Positions 30,552-39,218 of a stretch of DNA of 64,000 bases are shown here, in pieces (position 1 is the stretch's first letter; the number at the start of each line of letters is the position of its first letter). This DNA is from Candidatus Bathyarchaeota archaeon (GTDB taxonomy: Archaea > Thermoproteota > Bathyarchaeia > Bathyarchaeales > Bathycorpusculaceae): assembly GCA_963767735.1 (NCBI GenBank), contig CAVYES010000005.1, forward strand, positions 1-64,000, written 5' to 3'. The notes under the pieces are model-generated. The model had not been told where the DNA came from and ran no database searches. It was given only the letters and a program-made list of their open reading frames with translations. A program made the position numbers and the translations under genes.

Positions 30552-32010
30552 CTATAGATATTCGCGTCTTTTTCTCAAGGCTGCCGTAGCCAATCTTAAC
30601 TCGACAGGGTAACGAAAATACCTGTGTCTCCACCTGTATTTGGCAATTTTGTTTAACAAGCCGTACCCTAGTCTGTAAGAAAGTCGGCGCTCACCAACTC
30701 GTGTGCGAGGATAAAACGCGTAAATCGAAACGGTTGAAACGTCCTGAAGCTTATCGACATATTGCTTAGAATGCCATGGCGGCCTGAAATGAAAAACCTC
30801 AGCTTTCCCCCACTCTTCAAAAGATTGAGGAAGTTTAAATTCTGGACCCAACGAATCCAAGATGGGGCTGGGAAAAGGCGTGAACAAAAAGATCCCGTAG
30901 TGTTGGGTCTTCGGGTTAACTTCACATCCTGTCCATTAAGTCACATGTCTTCATGAGATCATCTTCGGTTTCCGTGGGAAGCCCACTTAGCCAAGACACA
31001 AACGGTTCAATAGAAGGAGCCCACTTTCTCAGGTTTTCTACAGAACTAATCATTTGCTCCGTCGTGATATCCTTATTTATGAGTGAAAGCAACCGTTCAG
31101 ATCCAGTTTCTCCTCCAAAATCAATCTCGGTACAACCTGATTTCGCCAGCAGCTCAATGAAACCCTGGTGGTATTCTGACATATAATCAAATCTGCAGTT
31201 CGCTCGCCAACTTACTTTGATTTTTCGATTTAATATTTCCTGACAAATGTCCATTACTCTTCTTTGATCAACGAAGAAATTATCGTCAATTGGATCAATA
31301 ATTCTGATGTGCGGAAATTTTTCAAGAACATATTCTATTTCATCAACGACTCGACGGGCACTTTTTCCACGCCAAGTCTGCCTGTTATAAACGATATTAT
31401 AACAAAATCCACACTTATGAGGACAACCCCTGCTCGTCTGAATATGAAACCGGCCCGACTTTAACGTAGGATATTTGTCCAAAGACAGCAACTCAAAAGG
31501 AAGCTCAATAGGAATCTCGTCCAAGTCCATTAGTTCACGGTTAGGTGTACTTCTGATTGTTCCAGCCGACTTGAAAGTAATCCCTTTGATCCCATCAAGT
31601 GGCTCGCCTGCCGAAAATTTGTCAGCCAACTCCAAAAGTGTTCGTTCTCCTTCGCCCCTCACTACAATGTCAACAAACTCGCTTGCCACAGTCTGTTCCG
31701 GCAAAAGAGTAGGATGCACCCCGCCCCACACAAGAGGAATCGAAGAATCTAAAATCCTAACCCTCCGCGCAAACTCTAGTCCATATCGTATTTGAGACCC
31801 ATGAATCGTGCTTATGCCGACAAAAAGCGGCTTTCCAATTTCAAAATCGGTAAAACTTTCTAATCGCATGTCTAGAATTTTAACTGAATACCCGCCTTTA
31901 ATCAGAAAACTCGCCAGATGCAACAAAGAAAGTGGAACCTGCGGGTTAGGAGAATTGTGCTTTCCTGGAAAGACTAATAACACTTCCAGTGTCTTGTCTT
32001 TTCTTAACAA
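30552..32010 (-). pseudogene. B12-binding radical SAM protein, split near 30922 by an apparent 2-nt deletion
   Basis: WGGVHPT and SRGCPHKCGFC; the tail (FTPFPSP...RYPVEL, 30552..30887) aligns with paralog 37587.. Confidence 0.8.
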
Positions 32011-32262
32011 AAGTCTCTCTTCAGTTCAGGCTTTTCTAAATGCAAAATCCAGTTGTGACTTCTTAAGCTTATGTGACTGCCGCATGACAGCAACAAAAAC
32101 TGAAATACGTTAAGTTTCACTCGGATTAGAAAAGCACTTCAATATATTATATTTATTTTTTGAAAGATTACTTTTGGCCATATACGAACTCCAAACCAAA
32201 AAGCAACAAAACAATGATCTGAAAGGAACTTTTAGCCATTCGACACAGCAAAAAGTAGGAAA

Positions 32263-32277
32263 GGTTAAAATTTAATC
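32263..32277 (+). repeat. Left target-site duplication (15 bp)
   Basis: GGTTAAAATTTAATC, identical to 37558-37572. Confidence 0.85.
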
Positions 32278-32296
32278 CCCAAACCCAAACCCAAAC
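32278..32296 (+). repeat. Left terminal inverted repeat (CCCAAA)3C
   Basis: CCCAAACCCAAACCCAAAC is the reverse complement of 37539-37557. Confidence 0.85.
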
Positions 32297-32488
32297 GACG
32301 ACGGAAACGACGAAAAAACCTGAAAAAAACGGCTAAACGATGAAAAAACTACGAAACGACGGTTTATTTTTATAATTATTGTTGTTTACACTATAATTTT
32401 TAATATTATTTACAATTTTATCTTAAATGTTGTGTAAAGTTGAATGTTAAAGATTAATTAAATTCAGTATTAACATTTTATAATTTAA

Positions 32489-32731
32489 TTATTGTTTGAC
32501 CTTCACAGAAGATAAAGCACCATAAACACTACAAGTAACACCAATCAACGAAAAAACAAGTCCAATTATAGCAACAATAGAATATTCAACTATTGTATTA
32601 TAAATACCAATCCAATAAGCAGTTTTAGGATAAGGGTCACCAAGCAACTGTAAATCATGAAACCCAATCATCAACATAACCAAACCTAACACCGTAAGAA
32701 CAATGCCAATAATAATGATTCCAATTTTCAT
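32489..32731 (-). CDS. Small two-TM membrane protein (element cargo)
   Basis: 80 aa with two hydrophobic helices. Confidence 0.55.
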   Translation of the reverse strand: MKIGIIIIGIVLTVLGLVMLMIGFHDLQLLGDPYPKTAYWIGIYNTIVEYSIVAIIGLVFSLIGVTCSVYGALSSVKVKQ

Positions 32732-32870
32732 TTTTTTACCATCTTAGGACATTTTTTTCAGCACTACATTACAATTATTAATAACGATAAAATCCAAATT
32801 AATATTTTATGAATATGAAATTAATATTAACTTAGATTCACTAATGATTACATTAAAAATTGGGAAAAGA

Positions 32871-33905
32871 TTAAATTGTTGGAAGTCTCGGAATCCAACT
32901 TGGTTTTTCATGCCTAAGATACTTCGCTAAAAGTAACGCTTCTTCACTAATTAATGTCTCAAACTCTTGTCTTTTCCCGACTCTGATTCTTGGTATTTCC
33001 ACATAAGAATTAAACAAACTATCTAATTCAACCATGAAACTTTTAGTTTCATCATCGTTAAGATATTCTCTTTTCCCAATTTTTCCACGTGACATTAACT
33101 CACTTTTTGTTATGAAATCCTTTTTGCTCAATTCCTTACAGAATCCGATAATAAAATCATCAATGATGTATCTGTAAATCTCCATGAAATCACATATTAA
33201 ACTTGGCTTACCGAATTGTTCACTATGCAAAAAACCAAGATAAGGCTCTAATTTCGCATTAACAAGTGCTTTATGAACTTTCCAGTTAAGCATCTCATAA
33301 CCTAAATTGAAAAGATTATTTATTCCATCATAAGCCTTGAAAGTTCTTCTACATTCAGGTCTTATCCTTTCAGGTATTAAATCAAACACTTGTTTAAAAT
33401 AAAATTCTGCACAATGAGATTCATAAGTGGAAATAATAACTCTAACTTTAAGTAAATTGTCACTATCAATATTCTTAATCCTTGAAATCATGGCAATATC
33501 AAACGGTTTTAAACTGTATTTGCTCAATACCTTATTTTGACCTTCTATTTTACTTAAAACAATTATTTTTGCAATCTCTAAAGCTCTACCATCTTTTAAC
33601 GCTTCATACTGTTGTATCCTTGTATCTACATGGTCATCATTATCTAAACTTCTAAGCATCGCAACAGGTCTCCCTTTTTGCGTAATAATCAAAACATCAA
33701 TATCCCAAAAACCTAAAGATGCTAAAGCACCTGTAGAAACACAATTACCACTTTTTAGTACAACTTCACCAATTTCTTTTTCAAATAATGGATAACGTTT
33801 AACATTTCCAGTTCTATCTTTAACTATAAAACAGCCTTTTTCCATGCCTAAATAACTGCCTTGTTTATCAAGCGTTATTTTCAGAGTTTTAGAGCCTTTA
33901 ACCAT
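32871..33905 (-). CDS. cas1: Stand-alone Cas1 endonuclease/integrase (casposase-like, no C-terminal HTH)
   Basis: N-terminal beta domain (GSYLGMEKG, VSTGAL, GRP), R..QY, catalytic E162 (YES), NLGY, PYLGFLH227 and SL.CDFME242. Confidence 0.93.
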   Translation of the reverse strand: MVKGSKTLKITLDKQGSYLGMEKGCFIVKDRTGNVKRYPLFEKEIGEVVLKSGNCVSTGALASLGFWDIDVLIITQKGRPVAMLRSLDNDDHVDTRIQQYEALKDGRALEIAKIIVLSKIEGQNKVLSKYSLKPFDIAMISRIKNIDSDNLLKVRVIISTYESHCAEFYFKQVFDLIPERIRPECRRTFKAYDGINNLFNLGYEMLNWKVHKALVNAKLEPYLGFLHSEQFGKPSLICDFMEIYRYIIDDFIIGFCKELSKKDFITKSELMSRGKIGKREYLNDDETKSFMVELDSLFNSYVEIPRIRVGKRQEFETLISEEALLLAKYLRHEKPSWIPRLPTI

Positions 33906-34016
33906 TTTTAAACCTTCATTTCAAACTATTAATAATTATTAATAATAATTAATTAATGTTAAGGTAAAAAATATAAACATTTCACTCATTATTAATAAGT
34001 TTTAGTGACTGTTAAC

Positions 34017-34151
34017 ATGACAAAAAAACTTATTTTAGATATTGATAATGAAACTTGGAAAGAGGTTTTAAAGTACAAAATTGATAACGATTTAAAGAAC
34101 AATAATGAAACAGTAATTTTACTGATAAAAAAAGCATTATCTCTAAAATAA
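34017..34151 (+). CDS. Small RHH-like regulator divergent from cas1 (44 aa, not in ORF track)
   Basis: MTKKLILDIDNETWKEVLKYKIDNDLKNNNETVILLIKKALSLK. Confidence 0.6.
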   Translation: MTKKLILDIDNETWKEVLKYKIDNDLKNNNETVILLIKKALSLK

Positions 34152-34658
34152 ACTTGAATCTTCACAAAATAATTATTAGAAAAAAAGTGGAGGAAAGTAA
34201 TTTAGATTTTACTCTAAAACTACTTTTTACCTATGTATTTGACTTTGATTATTAGTGCTAATATTCCCATGCCTATGAAACATAAAGGCAATAATCCCCA
34301 AATAGTTATTACCGTTGCGTTCCAACCGCATATACAAACTCTTTATGTAAAAGTTTTTTGTATCGGTAGCATAGAAAATAGCGAACCCTATGATTCTGCA
34401 TAATTATCTAAAAATTTAGGTAACTATTCAGCAGCAAGCACTAATATGACAAAATCAACCAATCCCCTCACGGTCGATAAGACCATGATTTAGGTCGATG
34501 ATATCTGTCATGTTTTTTGTGTAACCCTCCCTAAGTCAACTTAGGGCTTGATTAGATATAAAAGATTTGCTATATTTTTGGTGTTTGATTCAAAATAAAC
34601 TTTTAAATTACTTTTTAGATAAATTTTTACTTGTTTTTTATCTTTAATATAATTATAT

Positions 34659-34820
34659 TTATTCTTTTATAGGCTCAAGAATTAACGTAAATTTTTGTTT
34701 TCCATCTAAAACAGCTTTCAATTCTTCCAAATTAGCAAGATAACGTTCATGCTTAACCATTACAGTTACTTTTTTACTATCTTTAGTTAAACTCAAATAT
34801 CCACAATCTTTCCAATTCAT
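34659..34820 (-). CDS. Small hypothetical protein (53 aa, not in ORF track)
   Basis: MNWKDCGYLSLTKDSKKVTVMVKHERYLANLEELKAVLDGKQKFTLILEPIKE; ATGA overlap with the upstream ORF and GAGGTGA SD. Confidence 0.55.
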   Translation of the reverse strand: MNWKDCGYLSLTKDSKKVTVMVKHERYLANLEELKAVLDGKQKFTLILEPIKE

Positions 34821-35503
34821 TGGCATTCAATCACCTCACTAACAGCTTTTACATTAGAATCAACAGATTTCTTAACAGAATCCTTAAGCGAATTCTTAAC
34901 AATATTCAAAATAATTCTTCTTGTTTCAAGTAATTCTTTTATTTGGTTGTTTTGACTACCATAACGAAAAACAATTTTGGGCGAAGGTTTATCAATTTTA
35001 GGGCTAAACCTTAATGTTGAGCTTTCCTTAATACACTGCATTAAAACCCATTTTTGTAAATCTATACTACTGCTTTCAAGTGCAATCCAATTTATTATAT
35101 GAACATTTTTAGTCCAGCTAACAGGTCTATCAAAAGCAACAAGATAATTCTTTTCAAAATATCTGTAACTAACTTTTCCTTTTTTCCCTTTTTCTTTAGC
35201 AATATGTTCTTTTCTACTTGATTCAAAAATAATAAATCCATTCAGATTAAACCAATTTAATGCTCGAAAAGCATAATATCTCACTTTATCAAGAGGCATC
35301 TTATCAAAATCAATTTGAACTATATTTTTACTCCAATTCCCAATAATTACAGATAAAATATCATCAGAAAAATCATTACCTAAAACACGTTTTGCAACTT
35401 GATATAATTCTTTTTCAGTGCCGAACGTTTGAATCCTTTTCTGTTTGCCATTAACAGAACCGTAAAAAGCAACTTGAACTTTTAGCTGTTTATTCTCGGT
35501 CGT
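34817..35503 (-). CDS. Putative AEP/primase-like protein; frame open 68 codons beyond the 35299 ATG
   Basis: The extension contains VQIDFD (hDxD); downstream motifs ESS...NYLVAFD and STLRFSPK; fold assignment is inference. Confidence 0.45.
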   Translation of the reverse strand, partial: TTENKQLKVQVAFYGSVNGKQKRIQTFGTEKELYQVAKRVLGNDFSDDILSVIIGNWSKNIVQIDFDKMPLDKVRYYAFRALNWFNLNGFIIFESSRKEHIAKEKGKKGKVSYRYFEKNYLVAFDRPVSWTKNVHIINWIALESSSIDLQKWVLMQCIKESSTLRFSPKIDKPSPKIVFRYGSQNNQIKELLETRRIILNIVKNSLKDSVKKSVDSNVKAVSEVIECQ

Positions 35504-35949
35504 TTATCCCACTCTTCTTTTGAAAGATATTTATCTGGATTAGAAAGTAACTTGCTTGCATCTATAGTTAAAAATTGAGATTTAGGTGAATAACCGCTTT
35601 TTGTTTTACCAAAATCAAATATTTTTTCTCTTATTACTTTATGTAAAGTTTTACCATCTATTGAAAATATATTAATTCTACTCGCATGACCGTTAACTAA
35701 TCCGCTAAATGAAACTACTTTTTCTCTCGGATGATAATATCTTCTATATTTTTTAGGTGTATATTTACTAACATTGGCTTGTGCAGGTCTATTTCTAAAT
35801 TCTCGTGTATAGTTAAGTATTATTTGTCTTCTTAATCCAATATGTTCGCTTCTAAGCTCTTTTTGAATCTGATTAGCACTATAACCTCTTGCATTAAGCT
35901 CTCTTATTCTATTAACTTGTTTAGATGAAACTCCAGATTTACGACTCAA
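35482..35949 (-). CDS. Basic HTH-like hypothetical protein
   Basis: IRELNARGYSANQIQKEL resembles an HTH; C-terminal domain is similar to the hidden N-terminus of the next ORF. Confidence 0.6.
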   Translation of the reverse strand: MSRKSGVSSKQVNRIRELNARGYSANQIQKELRSEHIGLRRQIILNYTREFRNRPAQANVSKYTPKKYRRYYHPREKVVSFSGLVNGHASRINIFSIDGKTLHKVIREKIFDFGKTKSGYSPKSQFLTIDASKLLSNPDKYLSKEEWDKRPRINS

Positions 35950-36374
35950 AAAGTTTCACCTTCTAAATTTAACCTTTTTTTCTCTTCTTCCGTTAATGGA
36001 GCTTTACGCTCAGATTCATCTAATCTTAACTGTAACTTTTTTTCTCTATCTATTTTATTCTCATAATTCTTAATGATTTTATGAAGTTGTGATAAATAAT
36101 AAGGAAAACTTTTAGATATTGTTATAATTTGAGTTTTATAATCAACAGTTATTAAACCTAAATTTTCAACATGACTTATTATTTCTGTTGTTTGGTTTTG
36201 GTGAGGAGCTTTAGGCATACCGCCCTCAGTGATAAACGCATTGTTAAAATCATTTATAGTTTTATTTTTACATGATTTAAGCATAAAATCCATAATTTTT
36301 AGGTTTTTAAGAAGTTTTTGTTTTGCCCAATATTCTTCTTGACTTTCAATCGGTTTTATACTTATATCTGTCAT
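35946..36374 (-). CDS. Hypothetical protein, possible winged helix
   Basis: ISHVENLGLITVD; overlapping start/stop with neighbours. Confidence 0.55.
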   Translation of the reverse strand: MTDISIKPIESQEEYWAKQKLLKNLKIMDFMLKSCKNKTINDFNNAFITEGGMPKAPHQNQTTEIISHVENLGLITVDYKTQIITISKSFPYYLSQLHKIIKNYENKIDREKKLQLRLDESERKAPLTEEEKKRLNLEGETF

Positions 36375-36526
36375 TTATACCGCTTAACCTTCTTTTTCCA
36401 GTTAAAATGAAATTCTCTTAAACTTGTTTTTTTATGTGAAGCTCTGGGTAAAAGTACACGTTCTTTCCAAAATTCTATTTTTACATCTAAAACGTTACCA
36501 TGACAGTCAACATGTAGTTTAGACAT
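36371..36526 (-). CDS. Small basic hypothetical protein (51 aa, not in ORF track)
   Basis: MSKLHVDCHGNVLDVKIEFWKERVLLPRASHKKTSLREFHFNWKKKVKRYK; TAATG and ATGA overlaps on either side. Confidence 0.55.
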   Translation of the reverse strand: MSKLHVDCHGNVLDVKIEFWKERVLLPRASHKKTSLREFHFNWKKKVKRYK

Positions 36527-36945
36527 TATTTTTCACCTTTAGAGCTTTCAGGGCTTTTTTTTATCTGATTAATCCAATTAGTTTTTAATTTTTCATTTTT
36601 CAACATACTTATTTTTTCAATTAATTCTGAATCTGATAATTTTTCATAATGATTTGACTTAATAAAATCAGTTAAATCTAAAGTAAAATCTTGCTCTTTT
36701 TCTATTTTCGGTTGTATTTGCGGTTTTTCTTCTTTAACTAAATTATCTGTAATTCCATTTTTTCTTTCGAATTTCAACATTTCTTTTGCAGTATTTAGAT
36801 AATCTACTCTTGTATCTTGGCAGAAACACATAGCAAGTTCAGTTAATACATCATTTTCAGATTCTCCATCTTTTAATTTTTTCATTACGGCTCTTATATT
36901 TACATCTCTTATTGTTGAGCCTGACCTTTTCTTAAATTCACTCAA
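36526..36945 (-). CDS. Hypothetical protein (element cargo)
   Basis: 139-aa ORF in the coupled operon. Confidence 0.55.
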   Translation of the reverse strand: MSEFKKRSGSTIRDVNIRAVMKKLKDGESENDVLTELAMCFCQDTRVDYLNTAKEMLKFERKNGITDNLVKEEKPQIQPKIEKEQDFTLDLTDFIKSNHYEKLSDSELIEKISMLKNEKLKTNWINQIKKSPESSKGEK

Positions 36946-36948
36946 AAT

Positions 36949-37131
36949 TTAAACCTCTTCTCTAATTTCTTTTTGACCTATATTTTGACTTGTATTTTTT
37001 TCTGTAATTGTAAAAGTATTTCCACAATTTCTACATCTAAAATTATTAAAATAAAATCTAAAATATGTTTGAGTTGAATTGAATTTTGGACATCTGTGAT
37101 TTTTTACTTTTGTTTTTTGCATAGACATCAA
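36949..37131 (-). CDS. Small zinc-ribbon-like protein
   Basis: CPKF...FRCRNCGNTF; the first CxxC is degenerate. Confidence 0.5.
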   Translation of the reverse strand: MMSMQKTKVKNHRCPKFNSTQTYFRFYFNNFRCRNCGNTFTITEKNTSQNIGQKEIREEV

Positions 37132-37320
37132 ACAAACAGTATGTTTGTATCAAATTTAAGTTCTTCGATTTAGTTTTTTATCAATTTTGAGTTAATAATC
37201 CAACCCATATAGCTTGAATGGATTAATAAATTTCTACCTCAAAAACGTTTCAAAATTTACAATATATTTAGGGCTAACTCAAACTTCAGAGCTAACTCCT
37301 AACTATTCTTTATTCAGCGA

Positions 37321-37460
37321 GCTAACTAACGAACGAGCGAGCTAACTAACGAACGAGCGAGCTAACTAACGAACGAGCGAGCTAACTAACGAACGAGCGA
37401 GCTAACTAACGAACGAGCGAGCTAACTAACGAACGAGCGAGCTAACTAACGAACGAGCGA
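37321..37460 (+). repeat. Seven perfect tandem copies of a 20-bp unit (no spacers)
   Basis: (GCTAACTAACGAACGAGCGA)7, with degenerate GCTAACT copies at ~37273 and ~37291. Confidence 0.95.
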
Positions 37461-37538
37461 GCGAGCGAATGCGTGGGAGAGAGGGATAAGGAGAGCTTGA
37501 GTTTGGGTTTGTGAGTAGGCGTAGGCGTGTGTGAGGAA

Positions 37539-37557
37539 GTTTGGGTTTGGGTTTGGG
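37539..37557 (+). repeat. Right terminal inverted repeat G(TTTGGG)3
   Basis: GTTTGGGTTTGGGTTTGGG. Confidence 0.85.
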
Positions 37558-37572
37558 GGTTAAAATTTAATC
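37558..37572 (+). repeat. Right target-site duplication (15 bp)
   Basis: GGTTAAAATTTAATC. Confidence 0.85.
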
Positions 37573-37586
37573 CTAATTAATTAGTA

Positions 37587-39218
37587 GTGAGGGTCTTTTT
37601 AGGAATGTTCAGTTCCCAGACAGGCATATCACATTTCTGCAACATATATTCAAGCAATAACAAGAAAGACGTTTTGCTTGTTTTCCCAGGAAAGTTCAAA
37701 GCGCCTGACCCGCTGTTTCCTCTTTCGCTTTTGTATTTAGCCGCTTCACTGCAGGAAGAAGGTTTTACGGTTCGCGTTCTTGATATGAGAATTGAAGATT
37801 ATCGCCACTTTGAAATTGGCAACCCCCTATTTGTGGGCATAAGCTGTATTACGGGTTTACAAATCAATTATGCCTTAGAATTTGCCCGTTATGTCAGAAT
37901 ACACGCTTCTTCGTCGCCCATTGTTTGGGGAGGAGTTCATCCGACATTGTTGCCTGAGCAAACAGCAAGCAATGACTATGTTGATATCGTTGTCCGAGGG
38001 GGAGGAGAATTGATAATCAAAGATATAGCAAACGCGCTTGCGTTAAATGAATCGTTAGATACTGTTGCTGGAATAACTTATAATTTAAACGGCTCAATCA
38101 AAAATAACCCAGATGGTAACATAAAAGATTTAGATGATCAACCAATAGCTTTGCCCTATGACCTGCTCCAAATGGATAAGTACCCATCGGTAAAATCAGG
38201 CCGGTTCCATATACAAACAAGCCGAGGATGCCCTCACAGATGTGGTTTCTGCTACAACATATATTTTAACAAGAACAAATGGAGAGCCAAAAGCTCCAAA
38301 CGCGTGGTCGACGAAATTGAGTACATATTGAAAAAATTTCCCCACGTTAAAATAATAGATCCAATGGATGATAACTTTTTTGTTGACAAAAAACGTGTTG
38401 AAGAAATATGCCGAGAAATTTTAGGTCGCAAACTTGTAATTCAATGGCGCGCTAATTGCCGATTCGATTACCTATCTACTTATGATAAAGATTTTCTAGA
38501 GCTTTTAGAGAAAGCTGGATGTGTTGAGTTGAATTTTGGGGGTGAGTCAGGTTCAGAGCGTTTGCAACAGCTTATATGCAAAGACGTTACAGCAAATCAA
38601 ATGTTGCAATCGGTTGCGAATCTCCGTCGCTGGGCACCTTCCATTGAGCCCTATGTCACATGGATGATTGGTCTCCCAGGCGAAACTGACGACGATTTGA
38701 ATCAAACTTTTGATTTAATGGACAAGATGTGTGAAGTAAATCCTAAGACGCAGCATTTAGAAATATTTGTTTACACTCCATTTCCAAGTCCATTTATGAA
38801 TTTTTTGCCAGCGAAGTATAAACCACCTCAATCGCTTGAAGAATGGGGCAGCATCAATGTCTTTCATTTCGATCCACCTTGGCATAGCAAAAAGCAAGTG
38901 GAAAAGTTGCATTCGATTTCAGCTGTTATACGTTATGGGTTTTACCCTCAATCAAGAATAAAAGAACGGGATGTCACTTACAAAATAGCTCATGACGTTA
39001 TGAATCGTATTGCGAAGTACAGATGGAAACGCAGGTACTTCGGCTTCCCAATTGAACTAAAAATCGCTGATTCCTTATCTATGAAATTCAAGCTTTTTTC
39101 CTATATGCGGTTTAAGCTACGCGCTGTAGTCTCTTCCTTCAGGCTTAGAGCTTGGCTGTTTTCCAGCTTCAGGAATCTGCGGCAACGGAACCGGCGGCGG
39201 AATATTCAATATTCTTGA
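37587..39218 (+). CDS. B12-binding radical SAM protein; C-terminal ~40 aa read antisense into the neighbouring gene
   Basis: PLSLLYLAA, WGGVHPT, SRGCPHRCGFC and GGESGS; close paralog of 30552..32010. Confidence 0.85.
   Translation: MRVFLGMFSSQTGISHFCNIYSSNNKKDVLLVFPGKFKAPDPLFPLSLLYLAASLQEEGFTVRVLDMRIEDYRHFEIGNPLFVGISCITGLQINYALEFARYVRIHASSSPIVWGGVHPTLLPEQTASNDYVDIVVRGGGELIIKDIANALALNESLDTVAGITYNLNGSIKNNPDGNIKDLDDQPIALPYDLLQMDKYPSVKSGRFHIQTSRGCPHRCGFCYNIYFNKNKWRAKSSKRVVDEIEYILKKFPHVKIIDPMDDNFFVDKKRVEEICREILGRKLVIQWRANCRFDYLSTYDKDFLELLEKAGCVELNFGGESGSERLQQLICKDVTANQMLQSVANLRRWAPSIEPYVTWMIGLPGETDDDLNQTFDLMDKMCEVNPKTQHLEIFVYTPFPSPFMNFLPAKYKPPQSLEEWGSINVFHFDPPWHSKKQVEKLHSISAVIRYGFYPQSRIKERDVTYKIAHDVMNRIAKYRWKRRYFGFPIELKIADSLSMKFKLFSYMRFKLRAVVSSFRLRAWLFSSFRNLRQRNRRRNIQYS

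Larger units (their letters stand above)
32278..37557. mobile_element. Cas1-solo (casposase-like) transposon lacking PolB, 5,280 bp
   Basis: TSD plus perfect TIRs, abrupt AT enrichment, and cas1 as the only recognisable recombinase. Confidence 0.85.

Noticed and set aside
37321-37460. CRISPR array near cas1
   Set aside because: The 20-bp units are contiguous and identical with no spacers; no cas2 or effector genes are in the window.
32278-37557. Canonical casposon or provirus
   Set aside because: No PolB-sized ORF and no recognisable capsid, terminase or packaging ATPase.
39091-39218. Functional antisense overlap or extra C-terminal domain of the radical SAM gene
   Set aside because: The paralog ends just after the equivalent position; the tail is read-through into the neighbouring gene's antisense strand.
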